DNA of 64,000 bases from Octopus sinensis. Taxonomy: Eukaryota. Location of the stretch: contig NC_042999.1 of assembly GCF_006345805.1 (NCBI RefSeq), forward strand, positions 21,886,001 through 21,950,000, written 5' to 3'. Positions 38,531 to 53,567 of the stretch are shown piece after piece (the stretch's first letter is position 1; each line of letters opens with the position of its first letter). Made by a program: the position numbers and the translations under genes. The notes beneath the pieces were generated by a model. That model made no database searches, was not told where the DNA came from, and saw only the letters and a program-made list of their open reading frames with translations.

Positions 38531-39350
38531 CAAATACGTAAAATAAAAGAAAGGAAGAGGAAGAAGGAAGGAACTGGGCCTCGATATGAGGCAATAAGGC
38601 TCAATCAATTAGAATTATACCATTTTGCAGTGTGAAGTCTGAAGTTAATGGGGAAAAGAGTAAACTAGCAAATAATCTTGAAAAATAATTGCTGGGTTGT
38701 CTCTTTTTATAGGGGTATCAGGGTGTATGAATAACAATAAAGTAAAACTAGCGCTAAATTAAAACAACAATCGCCAATAAATCTAGAAAAAAGGATAGTA
38801 CTTGTGATTTCGTAAATAGAGCTGACTAATATTTATCGAGAAACATACCCGTAAAGTTTTTATAATAGAGACCGACCACCTGTTGTCCGTAATGGAATTG
38901 ACCAAAGTCCAGCCATCTCTACAATTGGTCACTTACATTTAAAACCAAGGTCAAGCTAAGTCCGTTACAGTGGTAGACGTAAATAAAGAAGTAAATAGAC
39001 CAGTAAATAAAAGGTGTGGAGGAGAAGACTATGTCATAAGTGGCTCGAGGCCGCTTGTGTCCCTATACACCACCTCAACTTAAAATAAAATAAAAATATA
39101 AAAATTAAATAAATACTAGCAACCGTACGGCAGTAACTTTCTGTCAGTTAAGGGGAGACTACTGTTAAGTGATGTGGTTACTAGTGGATTTATTATCTGT
39201 ATCCTATGACCATGCCGAGGGTTAACAAAGGTAATTGATACCGGTGGTAAGGATAGATTTTCTTCACCCTTAGACTGTTATTCAAACCGCTAACTCTGCT
39301 CACCTATATTTACACACACACACACATACACGCACGCACACACACGCACG

Positions 39351-39452
<102 letters not shown>

Positions 39453-39619
39453 CAATCCGTTCTGTCTGTGTGTGTGTGTCTTCTCGGATCTCGGGCATCC
39501 TCCATCCGATTGCGCTCAAATTTGATATGTAGATACCGACGGTATCAGGGCGTGAATAAGTCTTGAAAAAATTTTTGCTCGTATATATGTAAATATATAT
39601 ATATATATATATCTGTAGT

Positions 39620-39792
39620 AAAAACTCTCCTTCCTAACCACAGGGTTCCGGGTTCAGTCCCAATGTGTACTGTCACACGGTGTCTCCTCCAAATGTGGGA
39701 CATTTTTATGCTTCATCCTGTACTATAGTCCCGGGCCGACCAAAGATTTGTGAGAAGATTTAGTAAAGGGAAACTGAAAGGAGGCCGTCATA

Positions 39793-39825
<33 letters not shown>

Positions 39826-40235
39826 CTGTACGTGCGTGTAATCTGTATTGTGTTGTGTATATCTTGTGTGCGTGTTGTGCGTTTTTCTTGTATCTGTGTG
39901 TGTGCGTATGGTATTTGTGTGTGGCGTGTGTGTGTGTGCGTGTGTGCGTGCCAGTGTTGTTTGTGTGTGTGCGTGTATGCATGCGTGTGTTGTTTGTGTG
40001 TATGTGTGTGTATGTGTGTGTGCGTGCGTGTGTGTCCGTGTCATTGCATCATTGTTTCTCAAAACCGCTTGACAACCGGCGTCGGTTTGTTTATGTACCC
40101 GATCTGGCGAAACTCCAAAAAGAGGCTTTGGAACATAACTACTAGGATCGATTCATTCCACTAAAAAGAAAAAAAAATTAAGGCGATGCTCAAGCATGGC
40201 CGCAATCTAATGACTGAAGCAAGCAACAAGTAAAA
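39620..40235 (+). mobile_element. SINE B with expanded degenerate (TG)n interior
   Basis: Family B head and tail flank ~250 bp of TG-rich sequence. Confidence 0.7.
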
Positions 40236-40988
40236 TAGTAAAATCATGACAGATGTACGTTTGCGCGCGCGTGAGTATGAGTGTGTGTATGTATATGTGC
40301 GGGTGCATGTGTGTGTGATCGTGTGTATGCTTGTTTGTTTGCTGTGTGATTTTGTGTGTGTGTATATGTGATGGTGTGTATGTGTGTGTGAGTGTGACTG
40401 TATTTGTGTGTGTGTGTGTGTGTGTGTGTGTGACTATGTGTGTACGTGCGGTAGTGTGTTTGCGTGTTGCGTGTGTGTGCGTGTGTTTGTGTGCGTGTGT
40501 TTGTGTGCGTGAATGCGTTTGTGCATGATTGCGTGTGTGATTGTGTGTGTGTGATTGTGTGCGTGTGTGCGTGTGTGCGCGAGTGTATTTGTGTGTGTGT
40601 GTAAGAGTATGTGTGTGTGATTGCGTGTGTGTGATTGTGTGTCCGGTTGGCGCCTGTATGTGTGTGTGTGTTTGTGAGTGATTGTCTGTGTGTGCATATG
40701 TGTTTGTGTGTGTATGTGTGTAACCCAGTGATCTCCACATGTACACATGGCTTAATTAAAGTGCGGAAGTGAATACATGTGCTTTAGCTTCAACAAACTC
40801 TATCAATAAATCATTTTACTTATTCATTTATCTATTTATTTATTTATTTATTTAGCAGGATAAGAGCGAGGCTGGCTGACTTTTAATTATTGTATCTTCC
40901 AATACAGTAGAACATCGGTTTCCGAAGAACTCTCACCAAAAATAAATCGTACTTTATCCCCTGTCGTACTCATATTCATTTAATTGTG

Positions 40989-41028
<40 letters not shown>

Positions 41029-41694
41029 TTTTTGGATTTGGTTTGCAAGATTCTTTATGTGACTTCGTGTGTTGAAGCATATTCTGTTGTGTCTGGGAAG
41101 AGCCATTCTCTTTTAGTGCCTTATTATTTAACACGATTTCTAAAATGTTCGTTGTGTCTTGCAACCTTTTAAAAACTATTGAAAACGTAACGAAAATTTT
41201 AGAAAAATATAGGGAAAAAAATGAGTGGAAATTTTACCGGTGTGTGTGTATGTGTGTTAAATTATAAAGTACTAAAAGAGAATAACTACCGAGATACAAA
41301 AAAAAATGTCTATTTATATATATAAAGTAAGATTTAATCGCGATCAGCGTTGTTCGAATACCGAGGTAATATTGTTTTGGCAACGATTGTACAGTTAAAA
41401 ACTGACAGCTTTAATCTCAACTCTTTGCACGCAGAAACAATCCGTAGAAATAAACGTGAAAAAATTCGGTAGGAGTTTTCTTATCCTAGACTCTCCAGAA
41501 TACGGATCCTTAAGAATTGTCTTTCCGTGTATGACTTCACGATCGTAACGAACGCAAATTTAAACGCAATATTCACGAGTTCATAAATAATTATTCCCCT
41601 TGGACTACAAAACAACAAAAAGTGAAACAAAAAAATTAGTTGTTCCCCTTGAATCAAAGTTGAGCTTGCTCCTTTTTTTTTTATTTAAAGATTA

Positions 41695-42025
41695 TTCTTT
41701 GTAGTTGTTTCAGGCATTTGACTGCGGCTATGCTGGAGCACCGCATTTAGTCGAACAAATCGACTCCTGTCGGTCTCTTTTGCAGAACCGCTAAGTTAAG
41801 ATGACCTAAACGCACCAACATTGATTGTCAAGCAATGGGTGGGGGGACAAACACAGACACATAAACATATACATATATGTAAATATAGACGATGGGTTTC
41901 TTTCAGTTTCCGTCTACCAAATCCACTCACAAGGCTCTGGTCGGCCCGCGGCTATAGTAGAAGACACTTGCCCAAGGTGTCACGCAGTGGGACTGAAACC
42001 GGAACCATGTCGTTGGTAAGCAGTT
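41695..42025 (-). mobile_element. SINE B
   Basis: Reverse complement of the family B consensus. Confidence 0.75.
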
Positions 42026-42274
42026 AATACATCATTTGTTCATCGAGTCTGGTATAGACATACGTTTGTGTACGGAATTATATATGTATACTTAAACACC
42101 CAGTGGTAATACTAAGATCACTATATATGAAAACAAACACAAACACATACACACACACACACACTCATATATACATACATTATACTTATGTGTTTCTGTG
42201 AGTATGTATAATGTATGTATGTAAAATAAATATACCACGCGTGGCACATTAGATAGATAGATAGGTATAATCAG

Positions 42275-42312
<38 letters not shown>

Positions 42313-42319
42313 AAATATA

Positions 42320-42350
<31 letters not shown>

Positions 42351-42362
42351 ATATAAATATAT

Positions 42363-42413
<51 letters not shown>

Positions 42414-42699
42414 ATATATATATATATATATAATATATATATATATATAAGCAATATGCGTCGATTAGCATTAAACTTGATTTAGCACTGGTTTCCGCAA
42501 GTTTGCCCTCTAATATGTCTTGAAGGAATATAGATATCAATTTTCATCTACTTTGTTAATCTCTGCAGTATCTCATCGGACTGAGGGTTTTACATATGAA
42601 TACTTTCTGTACCAGCCTTTTATCTCCACCATGAGTTAAGTCACTCTCTGCGAATTATCGTCTGAAATCACTCAACTCAAGTTACTAAAGAATTCGTGA

Positions 42700-43190
42700 G
42701 GATTGTAAAATCAACAATATCTGTTAGCCTAGTGAGAAATCTTCTACATCCACGGCTACGTTGTTTTCCAGATGGAATAGACTACCAAACATCCTCTTTA
42801 CTAATTTGGTTATATTTTAAATGATCTGCGAATGAGCTCATCTGCTTGGATTTCATTAAAATTTTCGAGTCGTCCAAAGCATTCCCCTGAAGTAGCTATC
42901 CAATTATGAAGCGTGTAGGAAGCTGTTGTGTCAGATTCAATATTTTTCGACAAACAGAACCCAGCATGTTACGATCGACAGAAATCATCCAATACCTCAA
43001 AAGTTATTAGTGGTAGGACCCAGGATTCTCTGTCAGAGCCTCTTTGGTTTATTATTTGCATAAATTACATAGCAAATATCATCGGAAGTATTACAATAAA
43101 AATCTATACAGATGACTCTAAGCTTCAAAAATTCATCAGGAGATATCGTGATCAACCAGAACGCCATACTCACCTACACTGGCGAAAATA
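42700..43190 (+). mobile_element. Highly degraded CR1-type reverse transcriptase fragment
   Basis: SGRTQDSLSEPLWFIICINYI..IKIYTDDSKL corresponds to decayed SGVPQGS.LGP.LF.IYIND..YADD motifs. Confidence 0.7.
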
Positions 43191-43379
43191 AATTTAAGAC
43201 CGATGATAAAAGTTATATTTCTTATAAAATATTTTGTTACTAACACCATACAAATTATTTTCATCTTTTACACCTTATGCAGAATTTATTTCTCTTTTGA
43301 ATGATGCGGACAATAACTATTTTTATACAACCTGAAGAATTCTAATGCTAAATTAATATAAACATTTCAAATTTACTGG

Positions 43380-43575
43380 TAAAATTTGTTTGGAATGTCA
43401 TCCTCGCTGTATGTGGCTGAGCATTATCCTGTTGGATGAACACATTTCGACTTCAAACCAAATATGGTCGTAGCCTCATCCGGTAGCTCATCTATTTCAT
43501 AGAGTCAGTCTTCTTTGTGCAGTGGCGCTGGATTGCCTCAAGTTCTGCCACCAGTTTGGAGTTCTGCGGCGACCA
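43380..43575 (-). mobile_element. Adjacent small CR1 and Tc1/mariner fragments
   Basis: WSPQNSKLVAELEAIQRHCTK (CR1), then FIQQDNAQPHTAR (second-Asp motif of a DDE/D transposase). Confidence 0.55.
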
Positions 43576-43714
43576 CAGTTATATATATATAACAAAAAAG
43601 AATAGATATACATACAAACGTACACATACACACAAACACACACATATACATATACGCATATAAACATACATGTGCTTATGTATGTATTCACATATGTATA
43701 TAAAACGATAAACG

Positions 43715-44015
43715 TCGCCCTTTTCAAGCACAGCCAGACTCATGGGCCCGGTTTCCCGGTGTCTGTGGCGTATTTGTTTCCCCCAGCTGGACGGGACGAC
43801 AGTCCATCGCAGCGTTATACAGGAACAGGAAGAGAGAGTGAGAGAAAGATCTGGCGAAAGAGTACAACAAGGGTCACCACCACCCCTTGCCGGAGCCACA
43901 TGGAATTTTAAGGTGTTTTCGCCCAGTAAACACACACAACGCCTGGTCTGGGAATCGATACCGCGATCCTCCGACTGCGAGTCCGCTGCCCTAACCACTG
44001 GTCCATTGCACCTCC
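43715..44015 (-). mobile_element. SINE family A, tail 3
   Basis: Reverse complement of 58149-58447. Confidence 0.8.
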
Positions 44016-44162
44016 ACACATTATATATGTGTATATATATATGTACACATATAAACACACACATACATACATACATACGTACATACATACATACATGTTG
44101 TGGTGCACCTGAGATCTGTATACATATATTTCATTATTATTTTATTTTATTATATATATATA

Positions 44163-44207
<45 letters not shown>

Positions 44208-44997
44208 ATGACATATATATATATGCATATATATATAAGGGAATCTTACATTGTGTATACATACGTACATACATACTACATACATACATGCATACATACA
44301 TACATATGTACATACATACGTACATACATACAATACATACATACATACATACATACATAAATACATACAATACTAACATCGTACGTACGTACATACATAC
44401 ATACACATACATACATACATACATACACATACATGCATACATCATACATATGTACATACATACGTACATACATACATACATAAATACATACATACGTACA
44501 TACATACATCATACATACATGCAATACATACATACATATGTACATACATACGTACATGCATACATACATACATACATACATACATACATACATACGTACA
44601 TACATACATACATACATACGTACATACATACATACATACATACATACATACATACATACATACATACATACATACATACATACATACATACGTACATAAA
44701 TACATAGATTTTTAACAGAATTGACGTCGTTCTGGTCTAGTGATTCGCTACATCTACTTTCTCGCAAAGTATTATCCTATTCACTATAGTATCAGCAACC
44801 CAGAACATGGAGCTCAGAATGGATATGTCCTTGTAGACTATCCTAATGGTAATCTACCATCATTCTGCTGAACCAAAGAGAGATAATGATATATTAGTAA
44901 TATAATATATAAAATAACGGAATTGACAGGTTTAGTCATTTTTATTCCCAAATATAAATCTTTATTTTATTCACAGCTGAACGCTGATATACACACT

Positions 44998-45046
<49 letters not shown>

Positions 45047-45110
45047 TATGTGCAAGAGTGTGTGTGCACGCGTGAGCGTGTGTGTTTGGATAGATGGGTG
45101 GATAGATATC

Positions 45111-45196
<86 letters not shown>

Positions 45197-45282
45197 GCAT
45201 TAGTGCATGGTATATATCTTACCAATATGCGTAAATACAAAAGTAGTATGTATATATATATCTATATATTATTATATATATA

Positions 45283-45322
<40 letters not shown>

Positions 45323-45546
45323 CCAGTGAACGGGCCTGCTAGCCTATCACTTGGGATACCCCAGAAACGTGTGTAAGGGTTCAAATTCACCTTAACCTAA
45401 TTAATTATTATAGATGACTTGAGATAGGCGTCCTCCCTCGGATTTGTCCTTTTACTCTAAGATATATATATGTATATATGCACGCGCTTGCATCTGTACA
45501 GTTACTAGTACATGGTAGTTCATAGATAGGATATACAGGTATATAT

Positions 45547-45646
45547 NNNNNNNNNNNNNNNNNNNNNNNNNNNNNNNNNNNNNNNNNNNNNNNNNNNNNN
45601 NNNNNNNNNNNNNNNNNNNNNNNNNNNNNNNNNNNNNNNNNNNNNN
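45547..45646. other. Assembly gap (100 N)
   Basis: Run of N. Confidence 1.
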
Positions 45647-45713
45647 ATATACACAATCACGCACTGTCACAGACACACACATATATATGCGCGCATACAC
45701 ACACACACACACA

Positions 45714-45747
<34 letters not shown>

Positions 45748-46830
45748 TATCACACATACGCACATACACATTCAAGCACAGACACATATTCCTTTACTCA
45801 GGAAGAAATGCTAATAAATATATATGCATTCATACATACATATGTTCTGAAAGGGAAACAATCATATATGCATGCATGCATGCACACGTGTTTGTGTATG
45901 AATATATGTGTGTGTAATGTGTGTGTGCGTGTGTGAATGCATCTGTGTGTGTTTATGTATATATGTATGTGTGTGTGTGTGTGGTTGCTTCTATAGATAC
46001 GCTTGTATACCGTGGGAAGTCCTCCGTTACACCAGTCATCTATACAGATTCCATTTCTGACTGTACTCTTTCACTTCTCCTAAAACTAACCGATATATTA
46101 ATAGTAATCACATTTAATCTACATGATTTTAATATTACTCTACACTATGCACGGATGCACCACATGAGAGAGATATGTCAGGGATATGAATGGTCCTGTT
46201 GCATTCTTACCTTATCCCATCGTTATTAATTGCATAAGTAAAATGAAGTGGATTTTACTGCGGATTCAAATTACGTTATCTTTTGGGTTCGTAAGAAGCT
46301 TACTGCCTCCCCACCGATGCTTGCTATAAGTTATATAAGCAGAAAGTAACGATATACACTGAGCTGATAGTCTTCTGCAGTGATCCATTCATCCACTCAT
46401 AGCAAATATATTGAAATCTTCGCTTATATTTTTCGTATAAGATACTTCGAAGTAGGATGGTTTCCATTGAACTGGCTGCTCCGTTATCTTATAAGTAAAG
46501 TGTTCGTTGATTGCTCTACAACGGACTGTATCATGGTACACACCACACACACACGTACATGATATCCCCCTTAAACTATATATATATATATATATATATA
46601 TAGGGAAAGTTTACGAAAAAAAAAAGACAGGTGGTGTACAAAACAAACAGATGTATTAGTATAAGCTCAGGAATAGAAAAAGTCTTTTACGTTTCGAGCC
46701 TACGCTCTTCTGCAGAAAGGTACACAGAAAAAACAAGGAGAAAAACAAGGTGAGAAAAAAGGAGAGAAAAAGAAAAATATATATATATAGAGAGAGAGAG
46801 ATAGAGATAAAAGATAGATAGATTTATGTG

Positions 46831-46876
<46 letters not shown>

Positions 46877-47489
46877 GAGAAGAACCACCATCTAGCAATT
46901 CAACAATGACATCACAATGATATAATTAAATCATACTTGTCGCCTAGTATTACGTTATTAGCTTGATTAAGTAGATATATGATCAGATCTGTTCCAGAGA
47001 GGATAATATTTACTTGTTTCCTTGACTTGGCGTGATTAGAATTGCATGGCATGTTGCAGTGAAGTTATGGTGCTGGCTTTCATGGCTATAATTCCTGGAA
47101 CTGGTGCCGTAATGTGTGCTTCAGCAGAGCTCTTTATTTCTGGTTGTTCCAACACACTAAGCTTTAATTAGATCCAGGTGTCCTCTCTGCCTCCAACTGT
47201 TGATGTTCCACAGGGTGAAGAATAAGACCGATGAAGGGGATATCCATGTCTGCTAAAAATGAGATAGACATTAAAAACAATTTGTGAAAGCATAGGGCAT
47301 AATATCAAGCCATTGACGCCTGAGGGAAAAACAGCCAACTGTACCTATACTTATGCAATATAAATAACTGGTACTTCGTCGGTTACGACGATGAGTGTAC
47401 CAGACGATCAGACCAACAGAAAAACCTGTTCTGGGTTGGAAATTAACGTGCAAGTGGCTGAGCACTCCACAAACCTGCATAAGTTATTT

Positions 47490-47715
47490 CTTTATTGCCC
47501 ACAACGGGCTAAACAAAGAGGGGACAAACAAGGACACAGAAACGGATTAAGTCGATTACATCGGCCCCAGTGCGTAACAGGTACTTAATTTATCGACCCC
47601 GAAAGGATGAAAGGCAAAGTTGACCTCGGTGGAATTTGAACTCAGAACGTAACGGCAGACGAAATACCGCTAAGCATTTTGTCCGCCGTGCTAACGTTTC
47701 TGCCAGTTCGCATAC
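47490..47715 (-). mobile_element. SINE C nested in a SINE tail-1 fragment (47365-47790)
   Basis: Tail-1 sequence resumes on both sides; GCATA is duplicated. Confidence 0.7.
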
Positions 47716-47961
47716 GCTTAACGTAGTTCCCAGGGAGATTCAGTGTGACACAGAATGTGACAAGGCTAGCTCTTTGAAAGACAGGTACAACACATTTTAA
47801 TCAGCTGATTGGTCTGGGCCAGTATGAAATAATGTGGCTTGCTCAAGGAGGTGAAGACACAACGCGCGTCCAGGAATCGAGCTCTCGAGTTTATGATCGT
47901 GATTCAAATACACTAACCAATCAGCCATACGCTTTCACATATGTAATATATGTAATTCGTA

Positions 47962-48190
47962 AGAGCGGTGAGCTGGCAGAAACGTTAGCACGCCGGGCGA
48001 AATGCGTAGCCGTATTTCGTCTGCCGTTATGTTCTGAGTTCAAATTCCGCCGAGGTCGACTTTCCCTTCGGGGTCGATAAATTAAGTACCAGTTACGCAC
48101 TGGGATCGATGTTATCGACTTAATCCCTTTGTCTGTACTTGTTTGTCCACTGAATGTTAAGCCCTTTGCCGGTAGTAAAGAAATAAGAAT
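47962..48190 (+). mobile_element. SINE C (full head)
   Basis: GAGCTGGCAGAAACGTTAGCACGCCGGGCGAAATGC..GTTCTGAGTTCAAATTCC. Confidence 0.85.
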
Positions 48191-48506
48191 CTTTAAGCAA
48201 CATTTATTCCGATTTCTCAATTCAATACCACTGAGGTCATCTTTTCTTTCCATATTTCCGGGGTCGATAAAACAAGTACCAGTTGATCACTGGAATCGAT
48301 ATAATCGATTCACCTATTCCCTGAAAATTACTGGCTTTGTGTCAGAATTTGAAACAGAAATATATATTTCGGGGTTTTTGTCGTTGTTCTGAAAGATAGT
48401 ATGGAGTCTTTGAAAGAAATTTGGCTCCGTAAATGACATTATCGCAGATCATGCAATCACAGCGAGACTCCTTTATTGACATGCACACTGTGCATTACAC
48501 AGTGGG

Positions 48507-49090
48507 GATCTTTACCTTTTGACCTACAGATTTAAAAAATAATTTTTTGTAACTAAACACTTTCAAACTTCGGACACTGGAAGAATGTATCTTATAAGAC
48601 ATCTTTTACTTTTAGCTTTTTTTAGAAAAACTTATATTTACGAAGTAATTTCACGTTAAAGTAGTCGTATTTCGGTAATTTCAATCAATCAATGACGTGT
48701 ATTCAGCTGAATAAAATTACTGCTGTTGTGTGTCAACAAGAACTTCCGGCGGTGTATATTTCGTTTGTCACTGTTATTTATGACAACCCTAACCCTAACC
48801 TTAAAACCTTAAAGCTAAAACCAGTACAAACGCTCGAACGATGCCATAAATAATAGTTGTTCTTGACAAACAACGGCAGTAATTTTATTCATCTGAATAC
48901 GTCATTGATTGGTTGGAATTACCGAAACAGGACAACTTTAACGTGAAATAACTTCGTAGTTATAATTTTTTCTCAAAAACGCTATGAGTAAAAGATGTTT
49001 TATATGACACATTCTACCAGTGTCCGAAGTTTGAAAGTGTTTAGTTCCAAAAATTTATTTTTTAAATCTGTCGGTCAAAAGGTAAAGATC
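48507..49090. mobile_element. Complete 584-bp foldback element with telomere-like core
   Basis: ~270-bp arms GATCTTTACCTTTTGACC..GGTCAAAAGGTAAAGATC; CCCTAACCCTAACC at 48787-48800. Confidence 0.88.
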
Positions 49091-49436
49091 TGACAGTGCC
49101 TCATATATAAGCTTCTTTGCAAAAAAAAAAAAAAAAAGGCGGGGGGACAAAATCTTAGAGGTAAACATTCATTATTTTTGTCTCGAGTCCTTGAACTCAT
49201 GTGGCGGATTACCAGTTTTGCATGACGTATAAGTAACCGAGATCCCAACATTATTCCTAAATGAAACCCCAGGGTCATTTACAGCTGATTTTGCTTACGA
49301 AAGCAACGCATCACCGAATCAGAAAATCAAAACTACGATCCTACGATGATGAGTGCAACACCCAAGCCGATAAGCCACTCGCTTTCGCGTTTGTTTACAC
49401 GTTCCTGCTTTAGACGTATGGATCGAACGTTCATTG

Positions 49437-49809
49437 GTGGAGGCGCAATGGCCCAGTGGTTAGGGCAGCGGACTCGCGATCGTAGGATCGCGGTTTCGAT
49501 TTCCAGACCGGCGGGCGTTGTGAGTGTTTATTGAGCGAAAACACCTAAAGCTCCACGAGGCTCCGGCAGGGAATGGTGGTGATCCCTGCTGTACTCTTTC
49601 ACCACAACTTTCTCTCACTCTTACTTCCTGTTTCTGTTGTACCTGTATTTCAAAGGGCCGGCCTTGTCACTCTCTGTGTCACGCTGAATATCCCCGAGAA
49701 CTACGTTAAGGGTACACGTGTCTGTGGAATGCTCAGCCACTTACACGTTAATTTCACGAGCAGGCTGTTCCCTTGATTTGGATCAACCGACGGAGTGCTT
49801 CCATCCATC
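49437..49809 (+). mobile_element. SINE family A, tail 1, with TSD
   Basis: 13-bp TSD CGAACGTTCATTG (49424-49436 and 49810-49822). Confidence 0.92.
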
Positions 49810-50322
49810 CGAACGTTCATTGACAGATGTAATCTACTGGATGAGACATATAAAGCTATACTATAAACACTCCTCGGCTGTCAAGCAACGACGACGCACT
49901 ACCATAAATAAATAGACCAAAATCCTCATTAACGAACTGCAAAGCTAAATAAACAAAACAGAAGCCAAAAGACACTCAATAGTGAGTTGCTTTGAAATTA
50001 GTTTCCATTCAAATCAATCTGTTCAGCTATCAGATATTTTATTCCTTTGTAAAATTTTCACTCTCTCATTTGTTCTTTTGTTATTGTTGTTGTTATTGTT
50101 GTTATTGTTGTTATTGTTTTTAATCAAGTTGTTCTCGTTCGCCTTCTTTCTTTTAATTGTTTTTTTTTCTCTTTTTGTCTTTTTCTTTAATTTATTAATT
50201 GTCATTTTTGCGACGAACATTATTGTAGTCAATTATTGATTGTATTACGATTCACTTCCAAATTACAGAAAAACAGAACAACATAGATATGCATACATAC
50301 ATATATACATACATACATAAAT

Positions 50323-50382
<60 letters not shown>

Positions 50383-50384
50383 GC

Positions 50385-50415
<31 letters not shown>

Positions 50416-51177
50416 AAGAGAGAGAGAGATAGAGAGATAGATAGAGCATATATATATAGATATGCATATATATATACATACATATGTATATATATGTATG
50501 TATATATACACACACATACATATATATACATATATATACATACACATGCATATATATACATACACATGCATATATATACATACACACAGGCATATATATA
50601 CACACATGCAAACATACATATATATATATACATATACACAAGCATATATGAATATATATACATATATAAATACACAGACATACTCATGTATAGGTTCACT
50701 TCCAAAACAGAGCACTATATATATGTGTGTGTTTGTGTGTGTATGTATATGTGTGCATATATATGTGTGTGTGTGTATGTATATGTGTGTGTGTGTGTGT
50801 ATATATGTGTCTGTGTGTGTCGGTGTGTATGTGTGTATACGTAATTAGACGAAAAGGAAACGAAGTCCTCATCACTTAAACAGTCGTCTTCTTTTAATTG
50901 CTTAATCTGTATAGGTATCACGTTTTTATTCGCATCTGGAGTATTAGAACAATGAAGACTATGACTCTAATGAGGATTTTTCTTCTTTCTTGTATTAATT
51001 TCTTCGGTTAGTAATTCTTTTCTGTTAGAGTGAGGAGGGGGGGGCAAAGATATTTATTTATTTGTTGACTTATTTGCGTGTTTGTTTATGAATTTTATGA
51101 AAGGTTCATTGTTCTGTAGTGTTATTTTGATATTCTTAATTACCTCTCAAGCATTTCTATGTATAGGTATATGTATG

Positions 51178-51221
<44 letters not shown>

Positions 51222-51409
51222 CATATATAATGTATATAATTAATGTATATAATTATATACCAGCCATCTATGCTCATAGCTTTACATATATTCATATATA
51301 TATATATCCTACATATATATACGTATGTGTATGTGTATTTATTTATTATATATATATATGAAGTATGTACATGTATATATACTTATGCGTTCATATATAT
51401 ATATATGTG

Positions 51410-51487
<78 letters not shown>

Positions 51488-51512
51488 TATAGATAGAAAG
51501 ATAGATAGATAT

Positions 51513-51568
<56 letters not shown>

Positions 51569-51584
51569 GAAGATAGATAGATAT

Positions 51585-51624
<40 letters not shown>

Positions 51625-51640
51625 GAAGATAGATAGATAT

Positions 51641-51696
<56 letters not shown>

Positions 51697-52411
51697 GTAA
51701 GGGAAATTATAGAAGGAACATATACCGGCAATCAATATAAAATTCAAAGCATAATTTAAAACACGCAATGAAATCAATATACATATAAATTTATAAATCA
51801 TTGAACCAAATGACGTGTAAAAGTCAAGTGTGAAAACTATGTATGGTGTACGTTGGATTCAGACACCGAATGGAAGAGTGACAAATAAAGAGATAAAAAT
51901 TTGAAGGGCTTCCAAAAGGAACTGTTCGAAATCGATTAAGAATTTGATGTTTATACGAAATGTCGGGCGAGAGTTCAAAATTCAGAGATAGGCGCAGGAG
52001 TGGCTGTGTGGTAAGTAGCTTGCTTACCAACCACATGGTATAGCTTTCTTTTTTTTTTTTTTTTGTACTGCAAAGCTCTCATGAGAAATTTATTATGATA
52101 TTTCTTAATTTTATGCAGAATTTCATACTGATAAATGTTTCAGTACATTTTATTCCTTCTTAGTTTTTTTCATTTTTTTTTATTCACTAATCTTCAGGAT
52201 TTTAAAAGCACATATAAACCTATATACGTCAACTGTACTCACGTAGATAAACTGGAGTTACCACGTAATAATATTGGTGTGAAAAGAAATAATTGCGTGT
52301 GGCTGTATTTCATCCAGTATTCTTCCCTCCAAAATGTTAAATGTATACACGGTAGAATTTATTAAGAGAAACAAAACGGTGCACCAGATTTAAAAAAGTA
52401 TGCATATATAT

Positions 52412-52583
52412 AGGTGTAGGAGTGGCTGTGTGGTATGTAGCTTGCTTACCAACCACATGGTTCCGGGTTCAGTCCCACTGCGTGGCATCTTGGGCAAGTG
52501 TCTTCTGCTATAGCCCCGGGCCGACCAATGCCTTGTGAGTGGATTTGGTAGACGGAAACTGAAAGAAGCCTGTCGTATATATG

Positions 52584-52614
<31 letters not shown>

Positions 52615-52830
52615 TTGTGTGCCTGTGTTTGCCCCCCCCCCAACATTGCTTGACAACCGATGCTGGTGTGTTTACGTCCCCGTCACTTAGCGGTTCGGCA
52701 AAAATAGACCGATAGAATAAGTACTGGGCTTACAAAGAATAAGTCCCGTGGTCGAGTTGCTCGACTAAAGGCGGTGCTCCAGCATGGCCGCAGTCAAATG
52801 ACTAAAACAAGTAAAAGAGTAAAAAAGAGT
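52412..52830 (+). mobile_element. SINE B, full length
   Basis: Head GGTGTAGGAGTGGCTGTGTGG, internal (TA)(TG), tail GAAACAAGTAAAAGAG-like; near-identical inverted copy at 55348-55766. Confidence 0.9.
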
Positions 52831-53254
52831 ATAACTAGGTAGATAAATAGGAACCCCTTACCATGAATGTTTATCTATTTATTTGTCACTCCTCCATTCG
52901 TTACCTGAACCCAACATTCATGATGCATAGTTTTCACCTATGGCTTTTACATGTAATTTTGTTCACTGATTTATAAATTTATATGTATATTTATTTTATT
53001 GTGTGTTTTAAATTATGCTTTGGAATTTCTACTTATTGCCTGGATTTGTTCCTTCTATAATTTCCCTTATCCTTCGGTTTAGCTTGCAATGGGCACTTAT
53101 TAATACAGTCCATATATTGTGAAGTATACTTAAAAACATACTTTATAAGAAAATTAACAATATATGTATTTATATATATGTATACATATATATATATATA
53201 TACATACATACACACACGCACACACACACACCACACACAACACACACATATATA

Positions 53255-53295
<41 letters not shown>

Positions 53296-53300
53296 CATAT

Positions 53301-53347
<47 letters not shown>

Positions 53348-53381
53348 GAAAGAATGGAGTCGAACGAAGATGTTAACAAAA

Positions 53382-53478
53382 TTCCTTTACTCTCGACACA
53401 TGTTTCGAAGACAGCATATTTTCATTCCGAAGGAATAAAGGGTGCGTTATGCAATCTTCTCATCAGGAAAGAAAGGAA
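53382..53478 (-). ncRNA. Type I hammerhead ribozyme (minus-strand arm of inverted repeat)
   Basis: Stem I TTCCTTT-CTTTC / GAGAG-T-AAAGGAA; core CTGATGA; stem II GAAGA/TCTTC with long loop; GAAA; stem III AC-ATGT-GT; GUC cleavage predicted between 53395 and 53394. Confidence 0.8.
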
Positions 53479-53567
53479 CGGATTTTTTGAAGAAAAAAAA
53501 AAGGGTTTTGTTTACCATGTAGGCAATCATCGAAATTTTTTTTTGTCTTGTTGTCGAGAGAGGCTCC

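Noticed and set aside
43742-44707. 321-aa ORF and the many YI/HT/CV/LS-rich ORFs
   Set aside because: Translations of SINE plus (TA)n/(TACA)n/(CA)n microsatellites.
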